Source: an uncultured Actinomycetota bacterium
GTDB taxonomy: Bacteria; Actinomycetota; Actinomycetes; S36-B12; UBA10799
Direction: 5' to 3'
NCBI GenBank assembly: GCA_963733395.1
Contig: CAVTCZ010000009.1
Coordinates: 293,436-357,435 of the forward strand
Length of the DNA stretch: 64,000 bases
Shown here: positions 31,463 through 41,126 of the stretch, piece after piece
How positions within the stretch are numbered: position 1 is the stretch's first letter
Layout: every line of letters begins with the position of its first letter
Position numbers and translations under genes: made by a program
Notes under the pieces: model-generated
Databases searched by the model: none
What the model saw: only the letters and a program-made list of their open reading frames with translations
What the model was told of the DNA's origin: nothing

Positions 31463-32797
31463 GTGACGAGGCAACGCCGGGCAGGCAGGTCGGCGGCGGA
31501 ACCGCCCGGCGAGCAGCGTGTCACCCGGGCGGGGCGCAACCGTTACGTCGACCTGGTCCGGCTGGTCGCCATCCTCGTCGTCGTCGTCGGCCACTGGCTG
31601 GACACGACCATCCTCATCACCGACGGGAAGCCGGTCGGCGAGAGCGCGCTGGCCGTGGTCGGCTACCTGCGGTGGCTCACCCTCCTGCTGCAGGTCATGC
31701 CTTTGTTCTTCCTGGCCGGCGGCTACGCGGCGGCGGCGTCATGGCCGTCGTGGACGGCGCGGGGCGGCCGGTGGGCGGGGTGGACGCACGGCCGACTCGC
31801 ACGACTGCTGCGTCCGACGAGTTGGTTCGTCGCAATCATGGCGACGCTGGCCGCAGCAGCTCTGTTGCTGCGCTTCGACCCTTCTGTGCTGGCACAAGCC
31901 GGGTGGGGGGTGGCCCTGCAACTGTGGTTCCTACCGGTCTACATGCTCCTGCTCGTACTCGCCGCCCCCTTGCTCGCCGCCTGGAACCGGATCGGCTGGC
32001 CCCTGCTCGCCATCGCGGTCGGCCTGATGGCGGGGGTCGACGTGCTGCTGCGCACGGGTCACCTGGAGGTCGTGGGCTGGGCGAGCTATCTGCTGGCACC
32101 GGCGGCCGGGTTCGTCCTCGGTATGGCGTGGCGTGCCGGAACGCTTCGGAACCGAGCCGTACCGATCGCGATGCTGATCGGCGGCGGGTTGGCCCTCTTG
32201 GTCCTGGTCACGGTCTTCGACTACCCGCCATGGATGATCGGGGTGCCCGGCGAGCCGACCTCCAACACCGCGCCGCCGAACCTGGCCCTGATGGCCTATT
32301 CGGCTGCGCAGATCGGGGGCGTGCTGCTGCTCGAACCCCCTCTCCGCCGGTGGTTGCAGCGGCCTCGGGTCTGGACCGCGGTGATCCGCGGGAACGCGGT
32401 GATCATGACCCTCTACCTGTGGCACATGGTCCCGGTGCTGGTCCTGGCACCGCTGCTGATCGTCGCCCGACTGCTGCCCGGGCCGCAGGCCGGCACGCTC
32501 GCCTGGTGGGGTACGCAGGTCCTCTGGATCGCGGCGTTGGCGCTGCTGCTCGCCGGACTGGTCAGCCTGGTGGGGCGCTTCGAGCTTCCACGGCCCGGGC
32601 GCGTCGACCTGGCGGGGTGGACGGCGTCCGGACTGCTGCTGGCATGCGTGGCCCTCACCGGGTATGCCCTGTTCCGGCTGGCCATGGGCGGATTCGCTCC
32701 GGCCGGGCGCCTGGCGGTCGGCGCTCTGGGCATCTACGCAGCCGGGATGCTCGCGTTCTGGCTCGCGGGACGACCGCCCCCGGGCCGGCCGTCCTGA
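31463..32797 (+). CDS. Acyltransferase-3 family membrane protein
   Basis: RNRYVDLVR, VVVGHW, QVMPLFF, LWFL, SNTAPP, MTLYLWH. Confidence 0.88.
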   Translation: MTRQRRAGRSAAEPPGEQRVTRAGRNRYVDLVRLVAILVVVVGHWLDTTILITDGKPVGESALAVVGYLRWLTLLLQVMPLFFLAGGYAAAASWPSWTARGGRWAGWTHGRLARLLRPTSWFVAIMATLAAAALLLRFDPSVLAQAGWGVALQLWFLPVYMLLLVLAAPLLAAWNRIGWPLLAIAVGLMAGVDVLLRTGHLEVVGWASYLLAPAAGFVLGMAWRAGTLRNRAVPIAMLIGGGLALLVLVTVFDYPPWMIGVPGEPTSNTAPPNLALMAYSAAQIGGVLLLEPPLRRWLQRPRVWTAVIRGNAVIMTLYLWHMVPVLVLAPLLIVARLLPGPQAGTLAWWGTQVLWIAALALLLAGLVSLVGRFELPRPGRVDLAGWTASGLLLACVALTGYALFRLAMGGFAPAGRLAVGALGIYAAGMLAFWLAGRPPPGRPS

Positions 32798-32833
32798 CCG
32801 CGTCGGCCGGTCGCGTGCGGTCCGGCCTTCGCG

Positions 32834-33142
32834 TCATCGACAGGTGAACGAACGGAACCCGCCCTCGGCCGGCCCCCACCGGACATCGACGAAGTCGACC
32901 CGGCCGGGCGCAAGCGATGTCTGCGACCCGGTCCCCTGCAGCCAGTCGAGCAGTCTCTGGCAGTCCGACCGCGAGCCCTCCGCGATCACCATCACGTCGC
33001 CGTCGGGCATGTTCTGCGCCACACCGACCAACTGCAGCATCTGTGCGTGCGTCATCGTGGCCCACCGGAAGCCCACCCCCTGCACCCAGCCGCTGACCGT
33101 CGCGGTCAGCCGGACCTGCTCCCCCGGATCTGCGCTGTGCAC
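32834..33142 (-). CDS. acyP: Acylphosphatase
   Basis: VSGWVQGVGFR, NMPDGDV. Confidence 0.9.
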   Translation of the reverse strand: MHSADPGEQVRLTATVSGWVQGVGFRWATMTHAQMLQLVGVAQNMPDGDVMVIAEGSRSDCQRLLDWLQGTGSQTSLAPGRVDFVDVRWGPAEGGFRSFTCR

Positions 33143-33251
33143 GCCCTCACCCTACGGATTTCACCGAGGAGACGGGATGTCGCCGGGTGGCATGTCACCG
33201 GGGGCGGTCGGCGCCGTCGCAGCCCTGCGCGAATTGGGCCGTTCGTTAGAC

Positions 33252-33305
33252 GTTGTGCCGTTGGTTAGAGAAGACACGCGTGCATTCGCTCACGAACAGG
33301 ACAAC
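33252..33305. repeat. Palindromic repeat family B copy 2
   Basis: 23-nt core identical to 17759-17781; imperfect inverted arms. Confidence 0.8.
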
Positions 33306-33430
33306 CGCTCACCAACTGCGGGTGCAGGGTCCGGCCGGGCGGATCCGCGGCAACCGGTCCGGTCACACGCACCGCACACCTCGGTGTGGCGCGAGGAGAC
33401 CGGCGCGTCGAGGACACCTACGCTGGAGTC

Positions 33431-34537
33431 ATGGCCGGCTCGTGGGCATGGCGAGAGTCCTTCACCGAGGATCCCAGGACGTGGATCCTGCAGGCAGGCG
33501 AGCCCGGGGCGCAGTGGCTGCTGCTCAGGCACGTGATGGACCGCGGCCCGGACGACCCGGACGTCATCCGGGCCCACGCAGAGGTGCTTGCAGACCCCGG
33601 GGTCCGGGCGCTGATCGACAGGCTGCCCGACTGGGAGGCCGGCGCGAAGTTCGGGGGGCACGACAGCCCGGCCTTCGCGCCGAACCTGCTCACCCTGTTG
33701 GCCGACAGCGGCGTGCAGGCCGGGGACGATCCCCGGATCGAGGCAACACTGGACCGTATGCTCGACCACCAGGATCCCGATGGGAGGTTCCAGTCCTACG
33801 CTCCCCCGCGCGGCAACGACGACCCGCTCTGGGGTTGCCTGCTGTGCGACACCCACGCGATCACCGAAGTTCTGCTGCGGTTCGGCCGCGGCGACGATCT
33901 GCGGGTGCAGCGATCGCTCACCGTCATGCACGACGACCTCGCCGATACCGCGCAAGGCCCGGCCTGGCCCTGCCGCCCGGACCCGACGACCGGGTTCCGG
34001 GGGCCGGGCCGCAAGCTGGACTTCTGCCCACAGGTGACGCTCGAGGCGCTGCGGGTCTTCTCCCTGGCCCCCGTAACTCGACACCCCGACCGACTGGCGG
34101 ACGCGGTTCGGGTCGGCCTCGACGCCTGGCGCGAACGGAGCTCCCACCGGCCTTACATGTTCGGGCACGGGAGACGGTTCAAGACCATCAAGTGGCCGAG
34201 CACCTGGTACCGCGTGGACTCGCTGCTGGACGCCGTCGGGCGGTTCCCCGCAGCGTGGCAGGCATCGCCTGAATACCGCCGCGCAGTGGCCGAACTCGCT
34301 GCCTGCCTCATCGCCTACAACCTCGACCCAGCCGGACGCGTCACCCCACACTCGGCGTTCCGCGGCTTCCAGGACCAGTCCTTCGGGCAGAAGAAGAAGC
34401 CTTCGGCATTCGCGACGGCCCGAGTGCTGGCCGTTCTGCACCGGGTGGACCCGTTGGCGGCGCAAGTGCGAGAGGTCGACGTGCTCAGCCTGCCCTCGTC
34501 GATGGGCGGCACCGGCACTGCCGAGCCCCCATCGTGA
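33431..34537 (+). CDS. Hypothetical protein, probable alpha/alpha-barrel (prenyltransferase/terpene cyclase superfamily-like)
   Basis: QW-like LDHQDPDGRF repeat, C-terminal PS..T..L.VL; fold assignment is inference. Confidence 0.7.
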   Translation: MAGSWAWRESFTEDPRTWILQAGEPGAQWLLLRHVMDRGPDDPDVIRAHAEVLADPGVRALIDRLPDWEAGAKFGGHDSPAFAPNLLTLLADSGVQAGDDPRIEATLDRMLDHQDPDGRFQSYAPPRGNDDPLWGCLLCDTHAITEVLLRFGRGDDLRVQRSLTVMHDDLADTAQGPAWPCRPDPTTGFRGPGRKLDFCPQVTLEALRVFSLAPVTRHPDRLADAVRVGLDAWRERSSHRPYMFGHGRRFKTIKWPSTWYRVDSLLDAVGRFPAAWQASPEYRRAVAELAACLIAYNLDPAGRVTPHSAFRGFQDQSFGQKKKPSAFATARVLAVLHRVDPLAAQVREVDVLSLPSSMGGTGTAEPPS

Positions 34538-34564
34538 TCGCCGAGCAACGACCAGCAGGCAACC

Positions 34565-35014
34565 TCACCGCTCGAGCGCGTCGACCAGTTTCTGGCTGAT
34601 CCGGCCGAGCTCGGCGAACTCTTCCGGCGTCAGCACGTCGACCAGGTTGCGGCGCACGCTGGCCACATGCTTGGGGGCCGCCGCCACCAGGGTCTCGTAG
34701 CCGGCGTCGGTGAGAACGGCGAAGAACCCGCGGCGATCGTCCGTGCACTCCTGCCGGTCGACGTGTCCGGCCTTCTGCATACGGTCGATCTGGTGGGACA
34801 GCCGGCTGCGGCTCGACAGCGTCACCTCGGCGAGTTCGCTCATGCGCATGCGCCGGTCCGGGGACTCCGACAGCCTGACCATGATCTCGTAGTCGGCCGA
34901 TGTGAGCCCGCACTCCTGCTGCAGGTCCCGGCCGAGCCGGTCGTTCAGCAGCAGGCTGGCAGCGAGCCACGAACGCCAGTACCCCTGTTCTTCCTGCGAA
35001 AGCCAACGCGTCAT
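34565..35014 (-). CDS. MarR-family regulator
   Basis: RMSELA...SRSRLSHQIDRM...DRRG...LTDAG. Confidence 0.92.
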   Translation of the reverse strand: MTRWLSQEEQGYWRSWLAASLLLNDRLGRDLQQECGLTSADYEIMVRLSESPDRRMRMSELAEVTLSSRSRLSHQIDRMQKAGHVDRQECTDDRRGFFAVLTDAGYETLVAAAPKHVASVRRNLVDVLTPEEFAELGRISQKLVDALER

Positions 35015-35060
35015 GCACCGACCATATCTATGCTGGCGACGCCGGACGTGAGGAGTGCGA

Positions 35061-35525
35061 ATGCCGATTCCACAACTGGGCAGCCGCGGTCAGGGCTGGG
35101 TGTGGGGCCAGTTCGTGCTGGCGGGATGTGTCCTGGTCGCCTGCGCACTGGGACCTGCCTGGAGTTGGCCCGGACACGCCTGGGTGGGCGCGGCGCTCAT
35201 CGGGCTGGGGATCGCCGCGGGCATCTGGTCCTTGCGAAGCCTCGGCGACGCCCTGACGCCGTACCCCCAGCCTCGTTCGCGTGGCACCCTCATCGAGCAC
35301 GGTCCGTACCGCTGGGTGCGCCACCCGATCTACTCATCGATGCTCGTCGCGCTGTTCGGCGCCTGCCTGGTGGGCTCCTGGTGGGGCCTACCCGTGCTCG
35401 CGGTGCTGATCCTGTGGTGGCTCGGCAAGGCGCACGTCGAGGAGCAGTTCCTGCGCCAGCACTACCCGGGCTACTCCGAGTACTGCACGCGGGTGCGGCA
35501 TCGCCTCATTCCCGGTCTGCTGTGA
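35061..35525 (+). CDS. Isoprenylcysteine carboxyl methyltransferase / PEMT family
   Basis: GPYRWVRHPIY, EE.FL..YP.Y..Y. Confidence 0.88.
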   Translation: MPIPQLGSRGQGWVWGQFVLAGCVLVACALGPAWSWPGHAWVGAALIGLGIAAGIWSLRSLGDALTPYPQPRSRGTLIEHGPYRWVRHPIYSSMLVALFGACLVGSWWGLPVLAVLILWWLGKAHVEEQFLRQHYPGYSEYCTRVRHRLIPGLL

Positions 35526-37587
35526 CCCGGTCGAACCGGATGATGCTGCTCGCGTAGTCCCCCTGCAGCCAGAGCCGCAATCCGCGGTGCATGAGGTATT
35601 CCCCCGACGCCTCCCGCTGCTGCCAGTCGTGGGTGAAGCGGTAGCGGGCCTGCGGATCGAGTCCCTTCAACCGCACCGTTGTCGGCTCATGACCCAGCCG
35701 GCTGGCCGGCAGGAAGGCGAACAACACCGCCCCCTCGGGCGCCGAGTACTGGAACAACCGGTAGTCGTTGCCCGACGGGTTCTCCAATCGGTGGAAGTCC
35801 TGCATGAGCGGACGCAGTTCCTTGTACTGGGCGACCAGGGCGGCGGACTTCTTCAGTTCCTCCGGACTCATGGCCGTCAGGTCGCACCCGATCCCCAGGC
35901 TGCCCAGCATGGCGCTGTGGAAGCGGAACTGCAGAGGAATCGCGCGTTGCGACAGGAAGTTCGGCACGTCGGTGACCCATGCCCGCATCGCGCGTGGTGG
36001 ATAGACCAGCGAGTAGGCGCGCTGGATCTCGAGGCGGTCCAGGGCATCGGTGTTGTCGCTGGTCCAGAAGTCGTCGAACACGGCCAGCGCACCGAAGTCG
36101 ATCCGGCCGCCCCCGGAGGCGCATGCCTCCACGAGTACCCCTGGGTGCCGCCGTTTGACCTCGCGCACGATTGCGTAGAGCGCCTCGATGTGCCGGAACC
36201 ACACGTCCCGGGCAGGACCAACCTGTGACATCGGCCGGTTCGCGTCCCACTTGACGTAGGCGATGTCGTTGTCGGTGAGCAACCCGTCCAACATCTCGAC
36301 GATGAACTGCTGCACCGCGGGCAGTGTGAGGTTCAGGACGTACTGGCCGCGGGCGCTGTCGATGGCCCGGCCGGGCTCGGCGTAGACCCACTCGGGGTGG
36401 GCGGCGAAGAGGTCAGAATCGGGATTGACCATCTCCGGTTCGACCCAGATACCGAACGCCATGCCCAGCCGACGGACCTCGTCGATGACCGGCGTGAGGC
36501 CATCGGGGAACTTCTCCGGGTCGACCCACCAATCCCCCAGTCCGTCGGTGATGCCGCCGGTCTCGTTCGGGTTCCGGCGTCCGAACCAGCCGTCGTCGAT
36601 GACGAACAACTCCGCGCCGAGGCCGGCGGCCGCCCGGGCCAGATCGATCTGGCCTTCGGCGGTCACGGCGAAGTTGGTCGCCTCCCACGAGTTGTACAGA
36701 ACCGGCCGGACACCGGGTCGCATGAGCGATTCGCCGTAGGCGTGCAATCGTCGGCTGACCCCGCCCAACCCCTCGTCGGTGTGCACCGCCACGACCTGCG
36801 GCGTCGTCACCGGCACTCCGGGCTCCAACGGGACCTCGAGGTCGAAGTCGTTCACGCCGAGCTGCAGCAGCGTCTGCCCGTACTGGGTCTGCTCGACCAC
36901 GACCTTGGTGTTGCCGCTGAACGCCAGCGCCGCCGCCCACACCCGCCCGGCGTCCTCGCCCGCCTCCCGGCTCAGGACTGCGTACGGGTTGTGGTGGTGG
37001 TTGGAGACGCCACGTCGGGATTCGAGCACGATCTTGCCGGTCACGGTCCGCACGAGTTCCTGCTGCTCTGCCCCCCATCGGCCCGAGACATTGCGCAGGG
37101 TGAGGTCACGGAAGGGCACATGCAACTGCGCTGAGGCGAACGACTCGAGGACGATCCCGGGCACGCTGCTGGTGAGAACCACCCACCGCAAGATGGCATC
37201 GAGTTCGGGCAGCACCCGGTAGTGCAGCGCGACAGCCAGTCCCTTCGGATCGTGCAGGTGGACGACCAGGTCCCGGTCCCCAGCCTCGAACCGCTGATAC
37301 TGCAGGTCCACCTCCCGGCCGCCATCGGGGAAACGGGCCACGAGCGCCTGCTCGTTGTACCGGAACCTCCCGTGCGGTGGGTACTCCTGCGCCGTGATGT
37401 CCTGGATCAGGTCGTTGGTGGACAGCTCCCAGAGCGGCTCGACGATCAGGTCGGCAGCGTCGATCCGGCCACCCCAGTGCAAGTGGCGCAACAAGCCTGT
37501 CTCGGAGACCGCGAAGACATACGAAGTGGCGTCGGTGTGCAGCGCGAACACCGGCAATGGCCCATCTGACACCTCGACAACTGACAT
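35506..37587 (-). CDS. Alpha-galactosidase GH36
   Basis: NSWEA, FVIDDGWFG, LGDW, FGIWVEPEMV, YVKWDANR, CASGGGR, WTSDNTD. Confidence 0.94.
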   Translation of the reverse strand: MSVVEVSDGPLPVFALHTDATSYVFAVSETGLLRHLHWGGRIDAADLIVEPLWELSTNDLIQDITAQEYPPHGRFRYNEQALVARFPDGGREVDLQYQRFEAGDRDLVVHLHDPKGLAVALHYRVLPELDAILRWVVLTSSVPGIVLESFASAQLHVPFRDLTLRNVSGRWGAEQQELVRTVTGKIVLESRRGVSNHHHNPYAVLSREAGEDAGRVWAAALAFSGNTKVVVEQTQYGQTLLQLGVNDFDLEVPLEPGVPVTTPQVVAVHTDEGLGGVSRRLHAYGESLMRPGVRPVLYNSWEATNFAVTAEGQIDLARAAAGLGAELFVIDDGWFGRRNPNETGGITDGLGDWWVDPEKFPDGLTPVIDEVRRLGMAFGIWVEPEMVNPDSDLFAAHPEWVYAEPGRAIDSARGQYVLNLTLPAVQQFIVEMLDGLLTDNDIAYVKWDANRPMSQVGPARDVWFRHIEALYAIVREVKRRHPGVLVEACASGGGRIDFGALAVFDDFWTSDNTDALDRLEIQRAYSLVYPPRAMRAWVTDVPNFLSQRAIPLQFRFHSAMLGSLGIGCDLTAMSPEELKKSAALVAQYKELRPLMQDFHRLENPSGNDYRLFQYSAPEGAVLFAFLPASRLGHEPTTVRLKGLDPQARYRFTHDWQQREASGEYLMHRGLRLWLQGDYASSIIRFDRVTADRE

Positions 37588-37669
37588 ATGCCGAATGTAG
37601 CCGCCAGTGGGTTGCGAATCCCCCTGCTGTGGGGGAACCCAGAAGCCCCCGCAGCGCTAGATTCGACTC

Positions 37670-38311
37670 GTGCACAACACCCGCGAGACTCGGCAGCTCA
37701 ATGCCATGTCCACCGGGTTCGGCGTCGGCTCCGCCCTCTTCGCGGTCGGCGCGCTGATGTCGGTGATGCAGCTCGATCTCGTGGTGAACAGCATCGTGTA
37801 CGCACTCGGAGCCGTGTGCTTCACCGCGGCGGCCGGCGTGCAATGGCGACAGGCGGCCGATCATCATCCACCCTCGAAGTGGCAGGACCCGGACTGGATG
37901 AGCGCCGCGATCCAGTTCGTCGGAACGCTTGCGTTCAACGTGATGACGATCCGGGCACTGGCCCTGGCCGTGGACCCGACGACGACCTCGTACGAGAACG
38001 TGTGGAACCCGGACGTGTTCGGCTCGCTGCTGTTCCTCGTCTCGAGCTGGATCGCGTGGCATCCCATCGCCCGCGAGCACCGGCACCACCTGCTGCACGG
38101 ACGCTCCCATCTGATCTGCATCTCAAACATGCTGGGCTCGGTGTTCTTCGGCATCTCCGCCGTCGGCGCCATGGCGCTGCCCGACGGGACGCTGAAGAAC
38201 GAAGGCTGGGACAACTGGGGCACCTTCCTGGGCGCGGCCGGCTTCTTCATCGCCGCGATGGCGCTGCGACCGACCGGTCCGGAACGGCACGAGGCGGTCG
38301 CGGCAGCCTGA
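37670..38311 (+). CDS. Membrane protein (YrhK-like, about 6 TM)
   Basis: Repeated GS.LF..G / GA..F motifs; leaderless TAGATT-N6-GTG. Confidence 0.75.
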   Translation: MHNTRETRQLNAMSTGFGVGSALFAVGALMSVMQLDLVVNSIVYALGAVCFTAAAGVQWRQAADHHPPSKWQDPDWMSAAIQFVGTLAFNVMTIRALALAVDPTTTSYENVWNPDVFGSLLFLVSSWIAWHPIAREHRHHLLHGRSHLICISNMLGSVFFGISAVGAMALPDGTLKNEGWDNWGTFLGAAGFFIAAMALRPTGPERHEAVAAA

Positions 38312-38317
38312 TCGGGG

Positions 38318-38485
38318 TCAGCCCCGATCCCAGTCCTTGCTCCGCTGGGGGTCGGGCGGCGCCCCGTCCTCGTGCTCCTTGTCGAGCCTGACGTTGGGGT
38401 CGACCCGCGGGTCGAGCTGCGCGGGTCCCCATACGAACAGGGCACCCTTCTTGAGACTGTGCTTCAGATCTCTCCAGATGCTCAT
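38318..38485 (-). CDS. Small hypothetical protein (55 aa)
   Basis: MSIWRDLKHSLKKGALFVWGPAQLDP...; ATGA-coupled to upstream small ORF. Confidence 0.6.
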   Translation of the reverse strand: MSIWRDLKHSLKKGALFVWGPAQLDPRVDPNVRLDKEHEDGAPPDPQRSKDWDRG

Positions 38486-38643
38486 GGCGCTTCCTGGACG
38501 GAAGGCACGGGTGCCAGCGGCACACCGCCCTCGGCGCCCTCCACTGGCAGGTGGTCGGCATCCGACCCGAGCACCTTCCGGGCAACCAATGCTCCCGCGG
38601 CCATGGCGGCCACCAGAATCAACAAGCGAATCGCGATCTTCAT
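38482..38643 (-). CDS. Small single-TM protein (53 aa, not in ORF track)
   Basis: MKIAIRLLILVAAMAAGALVARKVLG...; RBS GGAGGAG. Confidence 0.6.
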   Translation of the reverse strand: MKIAIRLLILVAAMAAGALVARKVLGSDADHLPVEGAEGGVPLAPVPSVQEAP

Positions 38644-38709
38644 TTCTCCTCCATCGGGGATACGGGTAGGTGAGTGGACCTGATTGTGGTGCCGGGGGGA
38701 CGAACAGCC

Positions 38710-38943
38710 TCATCCGCTCTCGCCGATCTCCTGCGGGGCGGGCTCGCGGGTCTCCAGGCCCGGGGCCGCTGGGGGTGTCTGCTCGCGGCCGGGCGGGGGT
38801 TCACCCACGGCGTCCGGCGTCCCGGGCACGACAGGGATGTCCTGCGGCTCGGGCGCCGCGGGCAAGTCGGTGGCCGGACCCTGCGGATCGGCACCGCCCT
38901 CAGATGCCCATCGTCCGGTGTCCGTGGCAGTGTCCTTTGTCAT
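38710..38943 (-). CDS. Small acidic Pro-rich disordered protein (77 aa)
   Basis: MTKDTATDTGRWASEGGADPQGPAT...; AAAGG upstream, 10 nt after previous stop. Confidence 0.6.
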   Translation of the reverse strand: MTKDTATDTGRWASEGGADPQGPATDLPAAPEPQDIPVVPGTPDAVGEPPPGREQTPPAAPGLETREPAPQEIGESG

Positions 38944-38953
38944 GTAAGCCCTT

Positions 38954-39220
38954 TCAGTGGCGACGAAGCATCTCGACGAGCTCGTCCTTCGTCTTCTCGG
39001 AGTAGCCGTGCAAGCCGAGTTGCTTTGCGCGTCGTTTGAGGTCGCGCACGGACCAATCCTCATACGAGCGGGCCTCACCACCTTTGCGTCCGACCGCGGC
39101 GCGACCACGGGCGGCCGCTGCGTTGGCGATGCGCGCCGCCTTCTGCTTCGAGGCACCGTCCTTGCGCAGTTCCTCGTACAACTCGGGATCCTTGACGCTG
39201 GACATATCGCGGCGTGGCAT
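38954..39220 (-). CDS. Small basic protein with Rho-N-like C-terminus
   Basis: SVKDPELYEELR..GASKQKAARIAN; WSVRDLKRRAKQLGL.GYS...KDELVEMLR. Confidence 0.85.
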   Translation of the reverse strand: MPRRDMSSVKDPELYEELRKDGASKQKAARIANAAAARGRAAVGRKGGEARSYEDWSVRDLKRRAKQLGLHGYSEKTKDELVEMLRRH

Positions 39221-39250
39221 CGGCTCTCCTCCTTCACTCCACCGGACCAG

Positions 39251-39347
39251 TGCCCCGTCCCAAACGCTTTAACCCCCGCGGGGCCCGCGAGTCCGATGTC
39301 GGCCAGGTCACACGGCACCGCAGGTGTAGCGGCAACCGCCAAGGGTA
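39251..39347. promoter_or_regulatory. Divergent SigB/SigF-like promoters (imperfect)
   Basis: - strand GGTT-N15-GGGCA (39274-39251); + strand GTGT-N15-GGGTA (39324-39347); consensus GTTT-N15..17-GGGTA. Confidence 0.4.
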
Positions 39348-39379
39348 CGTACCGCTCACCGAGAGAAGGGAAGAAGCAC

Positions 39380-39592
39380 ATGGGCTTCACTGACAGGGCC
39401 AAGGACACCCTCGAGGACATCGGCGACAAGGCCAAGGAGGCCACCGAGGCCATCAAGGACAAGACCGCCGAGGCCGGGGACGAGGTCAGCGACAAGGGCC
39501 AGGAGATCGGCGAGAAGGTCGGCGACCGGGCGCACGATGCCAAGGAGACCGCGCAGGAAAAGGCCGACGACGTCAACCGCAACCTCGACTGA
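39380..39592 (+). CDS. LEA/CsbD-like hydrophilic stress protein (70 aa)
   Basis: MGFTDRAKDTLEDIGDKAKEATEAIKDK..., about 11-residue periodicity. Confidence 0.78.
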   Translation: MGFTDRAKDTLEDIGDKAKEATEAIKDKTAEAGDEVSDKGQEIGEKVGDRAHDAKETAQEKADDVNRNLD

Positions 39593-39602
39593 CCTCACCG
39601 AC

Positions 39603-39642
39603 CAGCGCCGCGGCACATCTGCGCATGTGTGCCGCGGCGCTG
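39603..39642. terminator. Bidirectional hairpin between convergent genes
   Basis: Perfect 15-bp stem CAGCGCCGCGGCACA/TGTGCCGCGGCGCTG. Confidence 0.7.
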
Positions 39643-39654
39643 TTCATGTTCGGT

Positions 39655-41126
39655 TCACAGCGACGCGAGGAACTCCTGACAGCCCGCCAGGGTCTCGTCG
39701 CCGAACACTCCGCAGTGCTCCAGACCGCGCACGAAGTACTCGCCCGCCATGCCCCGTGCCCGGTCGATCGCGGTCTGCAGATCCGCGGCCGGACCTCCGG
39801 CCCGCAGTTCCTCGAGCATCGGTCGGTGCCCGGCCAACTGCTCCGGCAGATCGGAGCCATCGAGCAATGCCTGCGCAACCGTCGACAATTCCGTGGCCAG
39901 CCGGCCGGGCAAGCACGGCCAGCCCCATCACCTCGATGAGGCCGATGTTCTCGCGCTTCACCGGATGGATCTGGGCATGCGGGTGGAACACACCATCGGG
40001 GTGCTGTTCGCTGGTCCGGTTGTTGCGCAGCACGAGGTCGAACCGCAGCCGGTCGTCGACGCGCCGGGCGATGGGCGTGATCGTGTTGTGCGGCACCTCC
40101 CCGGTGTGACTGAGCACTCCGCGCCCGACGTCGTTGTACTCCCGCCAGGCGGCCAGCACCCGGCTGCTGAACCGCAGCACGTCGGGGTCGGGCCCTTCGA
40201 CCCGCAGCACGGCCAGCGGCCAATCGAGCACGGACACCGACACACCGTCCCGGGTGCCGGTCCACAGGGGTCGCGCCCGGTCCATCGCGAACTCGTAGCG
40301 GCCGCCCTGGAAGTGGTCGTGGCTGAGGATCGAACCCCCGACGATCGGCAGGTCGGCGTTGGACCCGACCAGGTAGTGCGGCACCAGGGAGGTGAACGCG
40401 GCCAGGCGCTCGAGCGCGCCGTCATCGATGCGCATCGGCCGGTGCTGCTCGCTGAGCACGATGCAGTGCTCCGGGTAGTAGCGGTACGGCGAGTACTGCA
40501 GGAACCAGGGCTGACCTGCCAGTTCCATGCCGATCAGCCGCAGGTTCTGCCGGGCCGGATGATCCGCGCGCCCGGCATAGCCTTCGTTCTCACGGCACAG
40601 CAAGCACTGTGGATACCCACTGGCGACGGACCGCGCCGCCGCGATGTCACGCGGGTCCTTCTCCGGCTTGGAGACGTTGATGGTCATGTCCATGACGCCA
40701 TACCGCGTCGGTTGCCGCCAGGTGATGTTCCGGTCGGTGCGCCCGACCCGGATGTAGTTGCTGGCCACGGCCTGGCGGTGGAAGGCATCGGTGGCTCGTA
40801 CCGGGTCCTGGGTGTGGTCGCGCCAGAACCGTGCGGCCACATCTGAGGGCGGGCCGACGAAGCAGCCCATGATCGCGGTGTCCCACAGGTCGCGCTGGGT
40901 CGTCGTGTCCGGCTCGATCAGGCCACGCCGGGCCGCGTCGTCCAGCAGCGGCCGCAACAACTCGTCGATCTCGAGGTCACCGGCCGCGGTCTGCGGCGAC
41001 GGATCGAAGTCCGTGCACGCGCAGCACCTCCAGCACGCGGTTGCGGGTGTACGCCACATCGTCGGAGCGGATCAGCCCGGTACGCACTGCGTAGTCCAGG
41101 AGTGCCGCGAGCGCTGGCTCGATCAT
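39655..41126 (-). CDS. galT: Galactose-1-phosphate uridylyltransferase class II, frameshifts near 41020 and 39910
   Basis: TINVSKPEKDP, CLLCRENEGY, QYSPY, GSNADLPIVGGSILSHDHFQGG, KRENIGLIEVMGLAVL. Confidence 0.9.

Noticed and set aside
37610-37655. GAATCC...GGGGGAACCCA resembling the 5' part of a c-di-AMP riboswitch
   Set aside because: 3' half absent; the 82-bp gap is too short and holds two divergent leaderless promoters.
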